A stretch of 64,000 nucleotides of DNA from a virus: the IMG/VR virus record IMGVR_UViG_3300011815_000021, positions 4,828-68,827 of that record. One strand, written 5' to 3'. Each line of letters opens with the position of its first letter. The first letter of the stretch is position 1. Below, in pieces: positions 30,396 through 40,333 of the stretch. A model generated the notes under the pieces. The model saw only the letters and a list, made by a program, of their open reading frames with translations. It was not told where the DNA came from and did no database searches. The position numbers and the translations under genes were made by a program.

Positions 30396-31910
30396 CTACT
30401 TATTATCATTTCCATCAGAATTATTAGTAGATTCACCCGCTTCACCCAAGTTTTTACCCTCGCTTGCATTAGTAGGTCTACCTGCTTCATCATTTAATGA
30501 ACCTTGTGTGTTAGAACTTATTAACGGACTTAGCCAACATTTGTTAGAGAGTCCTAATATTTCATCTTCTAAATAGCTCATTCCTATAATATCACTAGGG
30601 GACATGCCTAAAGCAGAAGCATACTGCATTTTAACTGGCACACCTAAAGTAGCACCTTTATTTAATCTATTTATTATTTCATCTGAATTAAATATAGATT
30701 GATTAGTAAATGCAACTTTAAACCCATATGGTAAATCCATAAGTTTAATTTTCTTATTAAAAGACCTTTCAAATTGTTGTAAAATTGCATACGCTATTGC
30801 TTCATCAGGTTTAACTGATAGTGTAAGAGATGAACTGCTTGTTGCTTTAGTAGAACCAAATAGTAGCGAACTTACGCCCGCTGATTGCCAAAATTGATCT
30901 TCAGCATCAGTTACAGCATTCCTATCAGCAGAAACAGAAGATTGAAACGAGAAGTCTTTTACATCAAAAGGTGAGAATAATAAACCAATTCCATCAGGTA
31001 AATTTTGTGCCATTTGACCATAATATTTTTCAGCTATTTCATAATCCATAGTGGGAACACCATTTTCATCGGTATCCATTTTCGCTGACAAAACTTTATA
31101 ATTATCATTTTCAGATTTTGCCTTTTGTAGCATTTTATAATCTTCAATATCTAAAACAGATAATACTACGCCTGTGAACAGTGGGATAGAGTAAACAGGG
31201 TCTGTATCATCTACTTTTAAACAAATTCCATTTTTAGGCTCATACCATTTTTTATCCTTATTACCTTTTGTACCATTTTTAGCATTACCTCTATATTCTC
31301 CATATGCTTTTACTATGTCATCGCCATACATTGAAAGTAAGTGTTCTTTTCCAGTAAAATATGCCATATCAATAGAAAACATAAATACACCATCTTCAAT
31401 AGAAGATATTTTTGCATATTTATTGTTAAATGGTTTTATATAAAATGTATCTTCTGTTTCATAACATAATCCATAGTAAACGCCATCTCGTACAGCTATT
31501 TTAATTGCTTTTGTTACTTCTTGTTTGAAATTATACTTCTCGCATTGATTTACAACGTGATAATATGAAGCTTTATATTCTTTTTTATTGGGTTTTAAAA
31601 CTGATAATTTCGTTGGAATAATAGAATAATTGTACAAAAGGATGGTAGAGTAATAATCAACTAATCTACGATAATGACTTGATACTAAATAAATAAATCC
31701 ACTCAAATCACGAATTTCTTTTTCGTATCTTTGTGGATTTTCTAATATTAAAACTATTTTTTCTTTAGAATATCTTTTGTAAATAACACTTTCATTTTTG
31801 CTATTTATTAAATCTTGAATTATATCTTTTCTTAAATTAGCAAAAGCTAATAATGAAAATCTTTGCATAAGTTTTTTCTGTTCTTCTTGTGTTAATTCTT
31901 TAACTTCCAT
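30396..31910 (-). CDS. portal protein
   Basis: 504 aa after terminase; SAGVSSLLFG; GRP C-tail. Confidence 0.88.
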   Translation of the reverse strand: MEVKELTQEEQKKLMQRFSLLAFANLRKDIIQDLINSKNESVIYKRYSKEKIVLILENPQRYEKEIRDLSGFIYLVSSHYRRLVDYYSTILLYNYSIIPTKLSVLKPNKKEYKASYYHVVNQCEKYNFKQEVTKAIKIAVRDGVYYGLCYETEDTFYIKPFNNKYAKISSIEDGVFMFSIDMAYFTGKEHLLSMYGDDIVKAYGEYRGNAKNGTKGNKDKKWYEPKNGICLKVDDTDPVYSIPLFTGVVLSVLDIEDYKMLQKAKSENDNYKVLSAKMDTDENGVPTMDYEIAEKYYGQMAQNLPDGIGLLFSPFDVKDFSFQSSVSADRNAVTDAEDQFWQSAGVSSLLFGSTKATSSSSLTLSVKPDEAIAYAILQQFERSFNKKIKLMDLPYGFKVAFTNQSIFNSDEIINRLNKGATLGVPVKMQYASALGMSPSDIIGMSYLEDEILGLSNKCWLSPLISSNTQGSLNDEAGRPTNASEGKNLGEAGESTNNSDGNDNK

Positions 31911-31933
31911 ATTTCACCATCACCATCCTTTCT

Positions 31934-33763
31934 TTATATTTTTCTTATCTTTGGTTGCTTTGACATAATAAATTTTGAAGGGTCAAAATTATTTTCTTTA
32001 GGTTTTTTTAATAAGTCCTCACGTCTTAATAAAGCTAATGCATATGCACCAGTAGCCATTGTATATGCCATATCATCATGCATGTTTTTTTTATCTTTTG
32101 CTAATTCGTATTGAACTCCACCATTTGGGGTATCGTATCGACACATATATGATAATTGCATTTTTGCTAAATTTATATTTACCAAGGCTAGTTTTTCTTC
32201 TGGTATAAGATCTATTGTATCAAAACCACCATCTTTATTTTCAATAAGTATATAATCTTTATTATCGTAATCGGTAAATTCAATTAAATTTAATTTAACC
32301 ATTTTAGATACTGCATCGTACATAATTTTCTTATAACCTTGTGGATCAATGAGATGTACTATTGGCATAGCATCCTTATATTTTTTTCTTGCTGTTTCAT
32401 ACTGTTTATGTTCTGGATCAATAATTCCTCTGTGTTTCTTCCCAAATTTATCAGTCCAATCATCTAATAATTGGTCTGCAACAGCCGATATACCACCACC
32501 ACCAGAACCAGCGTCAATATAAAACTCAATATTTTCCCATTCAGCAGCACGTTCTCCATTATATTTAATCATTAAATCTTTAATAATTTCTAATTGTGCT
32601 GGCATAGGTAATGGAGTTTTGTTTTTAGTATTTTGATCAACCATAGATACGACATTTTCAAGTCTTAATCTAAATCCAACTTCATTATCATCAATAACTT
32701 GAAATATACTTAAAACACTACCATCGAAATTTCTGGCTGGGTCGTAGCAAAAAATAAACTTCTTTTTACCAGTGTCGTTATATAAGAGAGGTTTTCTAAT
32801 AGTTGAATTACGGATCAATTCATCCATAGTTACAACTGCATTTTGACCTCCACCCTTTCTAAATTTATTAAATAATTCAACATCTGCATTATCAGGGTCT
32901 TCTTCAATGGCTTTTTTTATTTGGTCTTCTGTAAGATGTGCTTTAATTGGAATACCATCAATAGAAGAGTGGTCAAGAATGTCATAAGCATCAATATCAA
33001 AGCAAAAATAATTATTATTACCAACCACCATTTTTTTATAGAATGTTTTATATTTATCAAAAAACGGATATGTAACATCTCCAACTGACGATGTATATAA
33101 AATTTGTAATGGCATTTGTTGCGGTTCATAATATCGAATCTTTTCAGTTGAAGTAGAGAAACTTGTATCTACGTTTATATAGTTTTCTACAACAGCCAAT
33201 TCTTCAGCAGTTTTCCATGCAGTTTCATTAAACCATACCGCACCTCTTTTACCTCTGATTGCCTCAAGATTAGAAGATAATGCTTCCATTTGTGAATTGT
33301 TATATAATCTAAATTTACAGGTAGGAGCTTGTAAAAAACCTGTTTCGCTATTGTTTCCAGTTTTGTCAACTTCTCTAGCAAATATGTCCGTTGCACTTTT
33401 AAAAGAAGGGATACGTTTCATTGCTATATCTCTTAATTTGTTAAACGATTCAACTGATTGAGCATATGTATTTGAACTTATATAAACTCTATAATCCGGA
33501 ATTAACATTAATCTAGCCATATAATAAGTAGCAGCTAGAGTGTCTTTACCAGCACCACGACATTCAGCCCATAATGCAAATTGTGCTGTCCAAGTTTTCA
33601 TAAAACAATAAGACTGATAATCAATGAGTTTCAAACCGAAAAACAACTCCGCAAATTTTACAGGGTTTTTTCTTCCCCACTGTATAATCTCAGCCATTTT
33701 ACTGTATTCTTCAATTTTTCTTTGACTTAATTCTTTTGATGACATAGGTATATATATATCCAT
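31934..33763 (-). CDS. terminase large subunit
   Basis: Walker A-like CRGAGKDT, RGKR..WFNE, nuclease YDPA..D and HDD. Confidence 0.92.
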   Translation of the reverse strand: MDIYIPMSSKELSQRKIEEYSKMAEIIQWGRKNPVKFAELFFGLKLIDYQSYCFMKTWTAQFALWAECRGAGKDTLAATYYMARLMLIPDYRVYISSNTYAQSVESFNKLRDIAMKRIPSFKSATDIFAREVDKTGNNSETGFLQAPTCKFRLYNNSQMEALSSNLEAIRGKRGAVWFNETAWKTAEELAVVENYINVDTSFSTSTEKIRYYEPQQMPLQILYTSSVGDVTYPFFDKYKTFYKKMVVGNNNYFCFDIDAYDILDHSSIDGIPIKAHLTEDQIKKAIEEDPDNADVELFNKFRKGGGQNAVVTMDELIRNSTIRKPLLYNDTGKKKFIFCYDPARNFDGSVLSIFQVIDDNEVGFRLRLENVVSMVDQNTKNKTPLPMPAQLEIIKDLMIKYNGERAAEWENIEFYIDAGSGGGGISAVADQLLDDWTDKFGKKHRGIIDPEHKQYETARKKYKDAMPIVHLIDPQGYKKIMYDAVSKMVKLNLIEFTDYDNKDYILIENKDGGFDTIDLIPEEKLALVNINLAKMQLSYMCRYDTPNGGVQYELAKDKKNMHDDMAYTMATGAYALALLRREDLLKKPKENNFDPSKFIMSKQPKIRKI

Positions 33764-33769
33764 ATATCA

Positions 33770-34843
33770 TCACCTCTTTTTACTTTCTAAATCTATTATT
33801 TTATTTTTAAGATTTCGATTTTCTTCAGTAATTGAATCTAAATCTTTTTCAAATTTCTGTATCATTTCTCTTTGTTCTTTTATAATTTCTGTATAATCAT
33901 TATTATCAAATGTTAACTGATCCATAATACTTTGATTGCTTAAATCGGCAATTTGCTTAAAAGCTTCACTTGTTTTAATATCGAATAAGTTAACTTTTAT
34001 TTCTTCAAAACTATTTTCTTCCATCTCTTTCATTTTTGAAGTAAGTGAGTTTTGACCTTGTTTTGAATTTTTATTGTAATTTGAAGATATGTTGTTATCT
34101 TGAGCAATTTTAGCAATAGAATCTAACAATTGTTTCTTTGATGATGTAAAAATTTTAATTTTTTGATCATTTGGATTAAGTTGTAACATTTCCTGATTCA
34201 TAGACTCATCCATTTTCTTGCATTGCAAATGCAAATTAGTAAGTTGAATTACACATTGTAATTTATGACCATCTTCTTTTATTCCATCTGTATCACAATA
34301 TCCTGACAAAATATTAAAACAATACTTTCTATCCGAATCTGTCATATTCAAATCATCAAAAGGGTCATATCCAACTGTAGAAATAACATAATTCATATTT
34401 TGCTTATCTTTTTTTGTCCACTTAGATTCACGTTCTTCTTTTATGTCATTTTCTGTTTTATTAAATTCTCCTTCCAAGATACTATTTTGAAAGGATTTAT
34501 ATTGATATTGTCTCATTTGAAGCTGTCGAAGGTATAATCCGATATTAAAAAAATTATTTTTTTCAACAATGCTATTGTATAATGATGCGTAAAATGGCAC
34601 ATCAATATAAGCACAGCATATTTTTAATGCTGTTTCTTCAGATTTAAATCTATTTGTGTATTCTGTAAATAAAGTATTTAAACAATCCTTACAAAATAAA
34701 ACGTGTTTGGCGGAATCATTCCAAACTTTACTCCATTTACTTACAAAAAAATCATCTTCATTTTTTTTATTTCCACAACAAAGACAAATATATTCACTTT
34801 TAATAGAGTTTGTTTCTCTTGATATTTTTGGCTTGACTGGCAA
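33770..34843 (-). CDS. zinc-finger protein upstream of TerL (candidate small terminase)
   Basis: CLCC..., CKDC; GGAGG then TTG; adjacent to TerL. Confidence 0.55.
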   Translation of the reverse strand: MPVKPKISRETNSIKSEYICLCCGNKKNEDDFFVSKWSKVWNDSAKHVLFCKDCLNTLFTEYTNRFKSEETALKICCAYIDVPFYASLYNSIVEKNNFFNIGLYLRQLQMRQYQYKSFQNSILEGEFNKTENDIKEERESKWTKKDKQNMNYVISTVGYDPFDDLNMTDSDRKYCFNILSGYCDTDGIKEDGHKLQCVIQLTNLHLQCKKMDESMNQEMLQLNPNDQKIKIFTSSKKQLLDSIAKIAQDNNISSNYNKNSKQGQNSLTSKMKEMEENSFEEIKVNLFDIKTSEAFKQIADLSNQSIMDQLTFDNNDYTEIIKEQREMIQKFEKDLDSITEENRNLKNKIIDLESKKR

Positions 34844-34972
34844 ATATATCGCCTCCATTTCTTTAATTTTCAAAAGCAGACCACAGGAATTGCACCCATG
34901 TTAATAACTTAAATCCGCATAATAAAAGAGAGGGTATAAGCCCTCTCGATAAAACTTTCATTTGAATTGATA

Positions 34973-35437
34973 TTATAGTTTTAAAACACCATCTTCTAAA
35001 TTTTCATCTTCACCAAATCCGAATAGAGTAGGGGAGTAACAGTCCCCAATGTTATTATCAATAATTTTCTGATTACTAATATCTTCTTGATAAAAATAAA
35101 GATAAGTAGAAGATATATCTAATGGTCTATCTCCCACATAGGCTTCACATATCCAAATATTTTTATCGCTATCTACAGTCAATAGATATTCGCCATAATA
35201 GTCATATTCCATAGCATCAAAATTAATTAGACCAATATTAAAATCATTCTTAACTAATTCTACTAATAAAAATTCTGTTAAATGCGATTTTGCAACTAAA
35301 TCTACTGTTTGTCCTTGTCTTAAACTGTTTGCTTTCTCAATTATTTCATCAAGCAATTCATCTTCATCTTCAAAATCTTTTATATTTAAATCTTCATAAA
35401 TATTAAATTTTTCTTTATTAATCACTAAAAAGTTCAC
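34973..35437 (-). CDS. acidic hypothetical protein
   Basis: YDYYGEYLLTV..IW motif; synteny. Confidence 0.65.
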   Translation of the reverse strand: MNFLVINKEKFNIYEDLNIKDFEDEDELLDEIIEKANSLRQGQTVDLVAKSHLTEFLLVELVKNDFNIGLINFDAMEYDYYGEYLLTVDSDKNIWICEAYVGDRPLDISSTYLYFYQEDISNQKIIDNNIGDCYSPTLFGFGEDENLEDGVLKL

Positions 35438-35493
35438 TTCCTAAAATTTATATTTTTGTTGCATAAAAATAGAGTAGGGCAACTACTCTTAGT

Positions 35494-36846
35494 TTATTTA
35501 ATAACTATATTGAAAATAGTATCCAAACCGTTCTCTTTATCCCATATGAAACAAGGACATTTTCTTATTGCTCCAACATAACCAGAATTATGATGCCAAG
35601 CATCAGTACCAGTAACAGAAGAAATATTTCTTATGATAATTCCACCACTCTCGGAAACATGCTCAGAATGTAAATGTGCTAAGTGAAATTCTCTAAATTT
35701 TGTTCTTCCCCATTGTTCTGCTGCTTCTACTTGCATAATTTCGTCAATTCTTTTCTTTTCTTTTTCGCCATGAGAAAATCCAACTAAACATTTTCCATAT
35801 TCAATATATTTCCTTGGAGAAGTGCCTAAATTAACCGTTACATTTTCATTATTATTAAAATAACACCATAGAGACATTGTGGCGTGATAACTTGTCATAA
35901 AATCATGATTGCCCGGCACACAAAAAACTTCAATTGAGGTTTTTAAATTACTTGATAATTTAGTAATACCATCAATTAGTAATAAAACACCATCTTTAAA
36001 TAAAGTTTGATGTTTTCTATCTGTGTCTTGTGGGGTTCCGTTAGTTGTTAAACTACCAACACCATCAAAATGGAAAAAGTCATTACCAATAGGGAATATA
36101 ATTTTTTCTATAGAAGTTGTCCTTAACCTATTTATTACTGAATCAATTACATAGTTAAAACAATCTCTAGCCTTTTGCGTATTATATTCTTCTTTAACAA
36201 TATCAGAAGTTGAAAATTTCCCTAAGTGTAAATCAAATATTGGCAATTCAATCATTAGATTATTATTTTTATTGTCATATTTCTTCACAGATGGGGGCTT
36301 GTATGAGGCTATTAAATCTTTATAAAAATCAGATATTTCTTCAAGAGATATTTCAGTCCTTGGTTTCACAACAATTTTACTTGAATATAACTCTTGAACA
36401 CCATCTTGCTTACTGTAAACATTCCAAATATTATTTCTCGCTGAAATTAATTCCCAATCTTTTACATCAAAACCATGAGCCTTTAATAAAAAATTTCTAT
36501 CTTTTAAATTTTCATTTTTTATTACTATTAACTTATCACTTGTATATGTACCGTCTTTATTTATAGATGTTTCTGAATTATATCTCTTTATTGCAAGGGA
36601 AGTTTCATCTTCATTTACAGACTCTTGTTTGTTTTTAAAATACTCACTAACAAAAGCACCACCAAAAATAGTTTGTTGAGCTTTGCGGAGTGTATCATAG
36701 TGAATATTTATATTAAACTTATTAATAATATCTAGCCACTCATAGTCAATTAATTTATTTTGTTTATTAGAACAGTCTTCAAGACAATTTTCATATTGCT
36801 CAATAGTTAATCCATACTTGGCTATTTCTTCTTCAAAATTATAAAT
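35494..36846 (-). CDS. calcineurin-like metallophosphoesterase (yonJ-like), probable ATT start
   Basis: DLHLG, GNDFFH, PGNHD, SHG, HLH motifs; frame stays open 159 codons upstream of the called GTG to ATT overlapping the previous stop. Confidence 0.85.
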   Translation of the reverse strand: MYNFEEEIAKYGLTIEQYENCLEDCSNKQNKLIDYEWLDIINKFNINIHYDTLRKAQQTIFGGAFVSEYFKNKQESVNEDETSLAIKRYNSETSINKDGTYTSDKLIVIKNENLKDRNFLLKAHGFDVKDWELISARNNIWNVYSKQDGVQELYSSKIVVKPRTEISLEEISDFYKDLIASYKPPSVKKYDNKNNNLMIELPIFDLHLGKFSTSDIVKEEYNTQKARDCFNYVIDSVINRLRTTSIEKIIFPIGNDFFHFDGVGSLTTNGTPQDTDRKHQTLFKDGVLLLIDGITKLSSNLKTSIEVFCVPGNHDFMTSYHATMSLWCYFNNNENVTVNLGTSPRKYIEYGKCLVGFSHGEKEKKRIDEIMQVEAAEQWGRTKFREFHLAHLHSEHVSESGGIIIRNISSVTGTDAWHHNSGYVGAIRKCPCFIWDKENGLDTIFNIVIK

Positions 36847-37073
36847 TATTCTTCACCACTTTCATCATCTGTATTTTCTTCATCTAATTTAAGTTCCATT
36901 TCTTGTTTTATACCACCAGTAAATTCAAATTCAATTCCGTCAAAATCTTTAAGTAGAGTAGAGAGTTTTATGTCTTCGCTATCAATATGCATGGTCATAT
37001 TATCTAAATCTAATATTCCACAGGCTTTAATTTTATCTGTAGTTGTTCTTGTATATTTTAAATTTTTACTCAT
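36846..37073 (-). CDS. YonK-like small protein
   Basis: GILDLD...LSTLLKDFDG; precedes the phosphoesterase. Confidence 0.65.
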   Translation of the reverse strand: MSKNLKYTRTTTDKIKACGILDLDNMTMHIDSEDIKLSTLLKDFDGIEFEFTGGIKQEMELKLDEENTDDESGEE

Positions 37074-37195
37074 TTTTTAATTTCCTTTCATACTGTTTAT
37101 TACAATTATTTAATAATTAAATTGTTGCTATATCAATGCACTTGTGATATAGTTTTAAATGGATAAATATTGCTTAAATTTCGTTAAATAAAAAA

Positions 37196-37378
37196 TTATT
37201 TATAACTTTCTAAAATTATACTTTTTCTATATTTCTGTAAAGCTTTTAATGGTCTGTCTTCTTCAATAATATAGAAAGTTACATTTTTTGAATGGTGACA
37301 TACATTAGTTTTATTAATCGCATATGCGAAGTTATTGTTTTGCAACCACTTAGCCTCATTTTTAGAAATTCTAATCAG
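37196..37378 (-). CDS. 60-aa hypothetical protein, probable CTG start
   Basis: GGAGTG-7 nt-CTG ATT AGA ATT TCT AAA..., 61 open codons. Confidence 0.55.
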   Translation of the reverse strand: MIRISKNEAKWLQNNNFAYAINKTNVCHHSKNVTFYIIEEDRPLKALQKYRKSIILESYK

Positions 37379-37506
37379 TTATTTTCACTCCAATTATAAT
37401 AAATTTCCTTTACTCAATAGAGTAGGGTGGATATCCCTATAAATATAAAAACTCATCGTTAAGATGAGTAATTTTCAAATTTAAAATTAAACCATGTCAT
37501 ATTTTT

Positions 37507-37595
37507 TGGCGGAGAGCAGAGTATTCGGAACTCATAGCTTTTTAAACTACGCAACGATTAGCAGTCGTGCTTTGCACCTTGCAAATTTACTCTCC
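37507..37595 (-). tRNA. tRNA-Ser(GCU) with 8/4 acceptor/T-stem fold, encoded CCA
   Basis: GGAGAGTA/TGCTCTCC 8-bp acceptor, G73, CCA; anticodon loop CT-GCT-AA; long variable arm; T-stem GAGT/ACTC with loop TCCGAAT. Confidence 0.85.
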
Positions 37596-37764
37596 ATAAT
37601 ATAAATTAAAATAATTTAATAATTTTCTTTTTATTACACATTTGACAAATATAAGTTATTTTCAAAATCTTGTAAAAATCATAGCTATAATAAGTACTAC
37701 GATTAATTTCAAGCCAATCATGAATATGGTGGTTTTTATAATTCATTTTTCTCCTTTCGATACT

Positions 37765-37793
37765 TGACATATTTTGGATTAAGTTGTATCATT
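37765..37793 (+). promoter_or_regulatory. sigma-A promoter of TIR operon
   Basis: TTGACA-17 nt-TATCAT. Confidence 0.7.
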
Positions 37794-37827
37794 ATGGTAA
37801 AATATTATATTAAAGGGGTATGAAAAT

Positions 37828-38253
37828 ATGGCTAAGAAAAAAGTTTTTGTATCATTTGACTATACAAATGATAAACAATATAAATTTTTATTAAATGCTT
37901 GGGATGCTAATAAAAATTTAGATTTTGAATTTAATGACTGTTCATCAGACGAAATTCAAAGCAACAATATTTCTACTATAAAAGCTGGTCTTACAAGAAG
38001 AATTAACACGACAACATATACTCTTGTAATTATAGGTAAAGAAGCAAATGAAGAACATAAAGACCATGTAGAAATAGGATACAAAAATTGGATAAATTAT
38101 GAAGTTGCAAAAAGCAAAGAACATAAAAACAAATTAGTTGCAGTGAAAATTGATAAAACTTATGATTCGCCAGATGAAGTATTAAATTCTGGGGCAAAAT
38201 GGGCTATGAGTTTTACCCAAGATGCAATAATAAAGGCTCTTAATGAAGCATAA
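37828..38253 (+). CDS. stand-alone TIR-domain protein (ThsB/DUF1863-like)
   Basis: KVFVSFDY, TLVIIG, WINYE with catalytic Glu, LVAV. Confidence 0.88.
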   Translation: MAKKKVFVSFDYTNDKQYKFLLNAWDANKNLDFEFNDCSSDEIQSNNISTIKAGLTRRINTTTYTLVIIGKEANEEHKDHVEIGYKNWINYEVAKSKEHKNKLVAVKIDKTYDSPDEVLNSGAKWAMSFTQDAIIKALNEA

Positions 38254-38255
38254 GT

Positions 38256-38879
38256 ATGGAAGAATTAGAACTATTATATGACCATTACAAAGAAACTTTT
38301 TCAATTATTAAAGAACAATTAAGCAGTAGAAATAAATTTTTTATTTTATTATTTTTAATTATGACTGTGCAATTTTTATTTGCTGTGTCACCTGATAGTT
38401 TTGCTTCAATCATCATTAAAATAGTAGATAATACATATAAAATAGATGTATCTAGTCAGATGAATGTAATACAAAGTTTATTGTGGATAGTTTTATTATA
38501 CTTTACTATGAGATATTATCAAACGAATGTATACATAGAGCGACAATATAGATATATCCATAAATTAGAAGATGTTATAGCAAATTTACTAAATGCTGAA
38601 TTCGATAGGGAAAGTTTTAATTATTTATCATCATTCCCTAAGATGAGCAATATGATTGATATAATTTATAAGTGGATTTTCCCATTATTGTATTGTCTAA
38701 TTGTCATCATAAAAATATGTAGTGAAATTTCTACAAGAAATTATAATATATCATTTTTTATAAATATGATTATTTCACTCAGTTGTTTGTTATTAACTAT
38801 TTTATACTTAATATTTTTACATAAAGAAAATAAAGACAAGATAATTGAATCTAAAGAATTAAATACACAAAGAGGATAA
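38256..38879 (+). CDS. 4-TM membrane protein, putative TIR-coupled effector
   Basis: Four hydrophobic segments; 2 nt after the TIR stop. Confidence 0.75.
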   Translation: MEELELLYDHYKETFSIIKEQLSSRNKFFILLFLIMTVQFLFAVSPDSFASIIIKIVDNTYKIDVSSQMNVIQSLLWIVLLYFTMRYYQTNVYIERQYRYIHKLEDVIANLLNAEFDRESFNYLSSFPKMSNMIDIIYKWIFPLLYCLIVIIKICSEISTRNYNISFFINMIISLSCLLLTILYLIFLHKENKDKIIESKELNTQRG

Positions 38880-38897
38880 CTATCCTTTTGTGTATTT
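38861..38897. terminator. hairpin closing TIR operon
   Basis: AAATACACAAAGAGGATA / TATCCTTTTGTGTATTT. Confidence 0.65.
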
Positions 38898-38899
38898 AT

Positions 38900-39240
38900 A
38901 ATAGAATACTACTTTTATCTCAATAGAGAAGGATAGTAGCATTAAATTTCTTCATTCCGCTTGATTAGTTGCGAAGGGTATATTATTTATTTGTTGTAAG
39001 GTGAACCCATCACCACCTTATCTTCTTTGCATTTTATTAATCGGATAGCAATTATTACCGATAATCTCTGTTTGACTTTAATATAATTATAATCATATAG
39101 ACTAAAATTACTCGTATATGGAATATTTGGATTCAGGCATTACCCAAGCCTTCTAACGATAATTTACTACCTCTAACTGAACTCTGTAGCGAAGCAATCT
39201 ACATGCTTAGTTTTCGACAACATTGTCCCAGACTTATAAT
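38900..39240. ncRNA. candidate structured non-coding RNA
   Basis: No ORF; several GC-containing hairpins in an AT-rich genome. Confidence 0.35.
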
Positions 39241-39302
39241 ATTTATTCTTAGGAGAATAATTGAATAATTTACTTCAAATTTCTGTTTTATTAGGTTTAA
39301 TC

Positions 39303-39340
39303 GACTGATAGAGGATGGAATGAGAAAGCCTCTATCAGTC
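39303..39340. terminator. 12-bp hairpin downstream of 39370-40206
   Basis: GACTGATAGAGG / CCTCTATCAGTC. Confidence 0.6.
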
Positions 39341-39369
39341 TTTAGGAGAGAAAAATGATTGAAATTGTA

Positions 39370-40206
39370 TTAGTTTTTTTTGTTCAATTCTTTTCTTTCT
39401 ATTGTAATTTTGTCTATTTTATTTTCAACTTCCTTTATCATACCATCTATATGATCTATTTTTTCCATTAATTCTGTTAAATTTCCATATTTTTTTATTT
39501 GTTCTTCAACAAATATTTTTTCAGATTTTAATGAACTTAACAATTCCTGTGCATGTAATAAGTCAAAAGATTTTTGATTATATAACACATGCTCATGGCT
39601 TGTGCATTTGGTTTCCCATTTTTTATGATTTCTTGTGCTTCCTTCAGAATTTTGTTCCCAAACTGCAACTTCATTATGTAAACCACTATCGTCTTCAGTC
39701 ATATATTCAGAATACATTAGTTTCCAATCATATTCTTTAATGAGATTTAAAGTGTCTTTTAATAGTCTTAATAAATCAATTCTCATTCTATAATCATTAT
39801 TATTTTTAGCATCAGTAAATTTCTTTTGTATATCAATGGCATCTTGTTTTAGTGATGATATTATTTTATCAAAACAGTTAATAACTTGATTTTCTTTTAC
39901 ATTTTCACATTTATCTTCACAAGTTATAGTAGCTGTATCAACCTTAATTCCTGTTATTGACTCAAACACATAAGGCAATTCATCAACTAAGTATACTCTA
40001 TCTTTATATTGTGTAAGCGATTTAACTTTCTGTATATCATCTGCCTTAATTGGTTCAGGTATATCTAATTTTAATTTTGAAGCCAAACTTTTTATGTAAT
40101 TTTTACTTGAATTGGTCACACATAATATAGGGTAATTTGTTTCTGCTGATTTTTCTATTAATAATCTTGTTTTACCTGTTCCTCTTGCCATATTTAATAT
40201 ATTCAT
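39370..40206 (-). CDS. protein with N-terminal minimal P-loop domain
   Basis: MARGTGKT Walker A, YLVDE Walker B-like; coiled-coil C-terminus. Confidence 0.7.
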   Translation of the reverse strand: MNILNMARGTGKTRLLIEKSAETNYPILCVTNSSKNYIKSLASKLKLDIPEPIKADDIQKVKSLTQYKDRVYLVDELPYVFESITGIKVDTATITCEDKCENVKENQVINCFDKIISSLKQDAIDIQKKFTDAKNNNDYRMRIDLLRLLKDTLNLIKEYDWKLMYSEYMTEDDSGLHNEVAVWEQNSEGSTRNHKKWETKCTSHEHVLYNQKSFDLLHAQELLSSLKSEKIFVEEQIKKYGNLTELMEKIDHIDGMIKEVENKIDKITIERKELNKKN

Positions 40207-40333
40207 TTTAATCCCTTTCTAGCGGTAAGTCGCAACCTGTTAATATAGGAGTATGCTTGTACTACCTATACTGTATATATAAAGGGATAAAAGTGAGCTT
40301 TATTATTGAAATATTAATCGTTTTATGACTTTT

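Noticed and set aside
37507..37595. Selenocysteine or suppressor tRNA
   Set aside because: Anticodon is GCT, the T-stem is 4 bp, and no sel genes or in-frame TGA read-through are evident.
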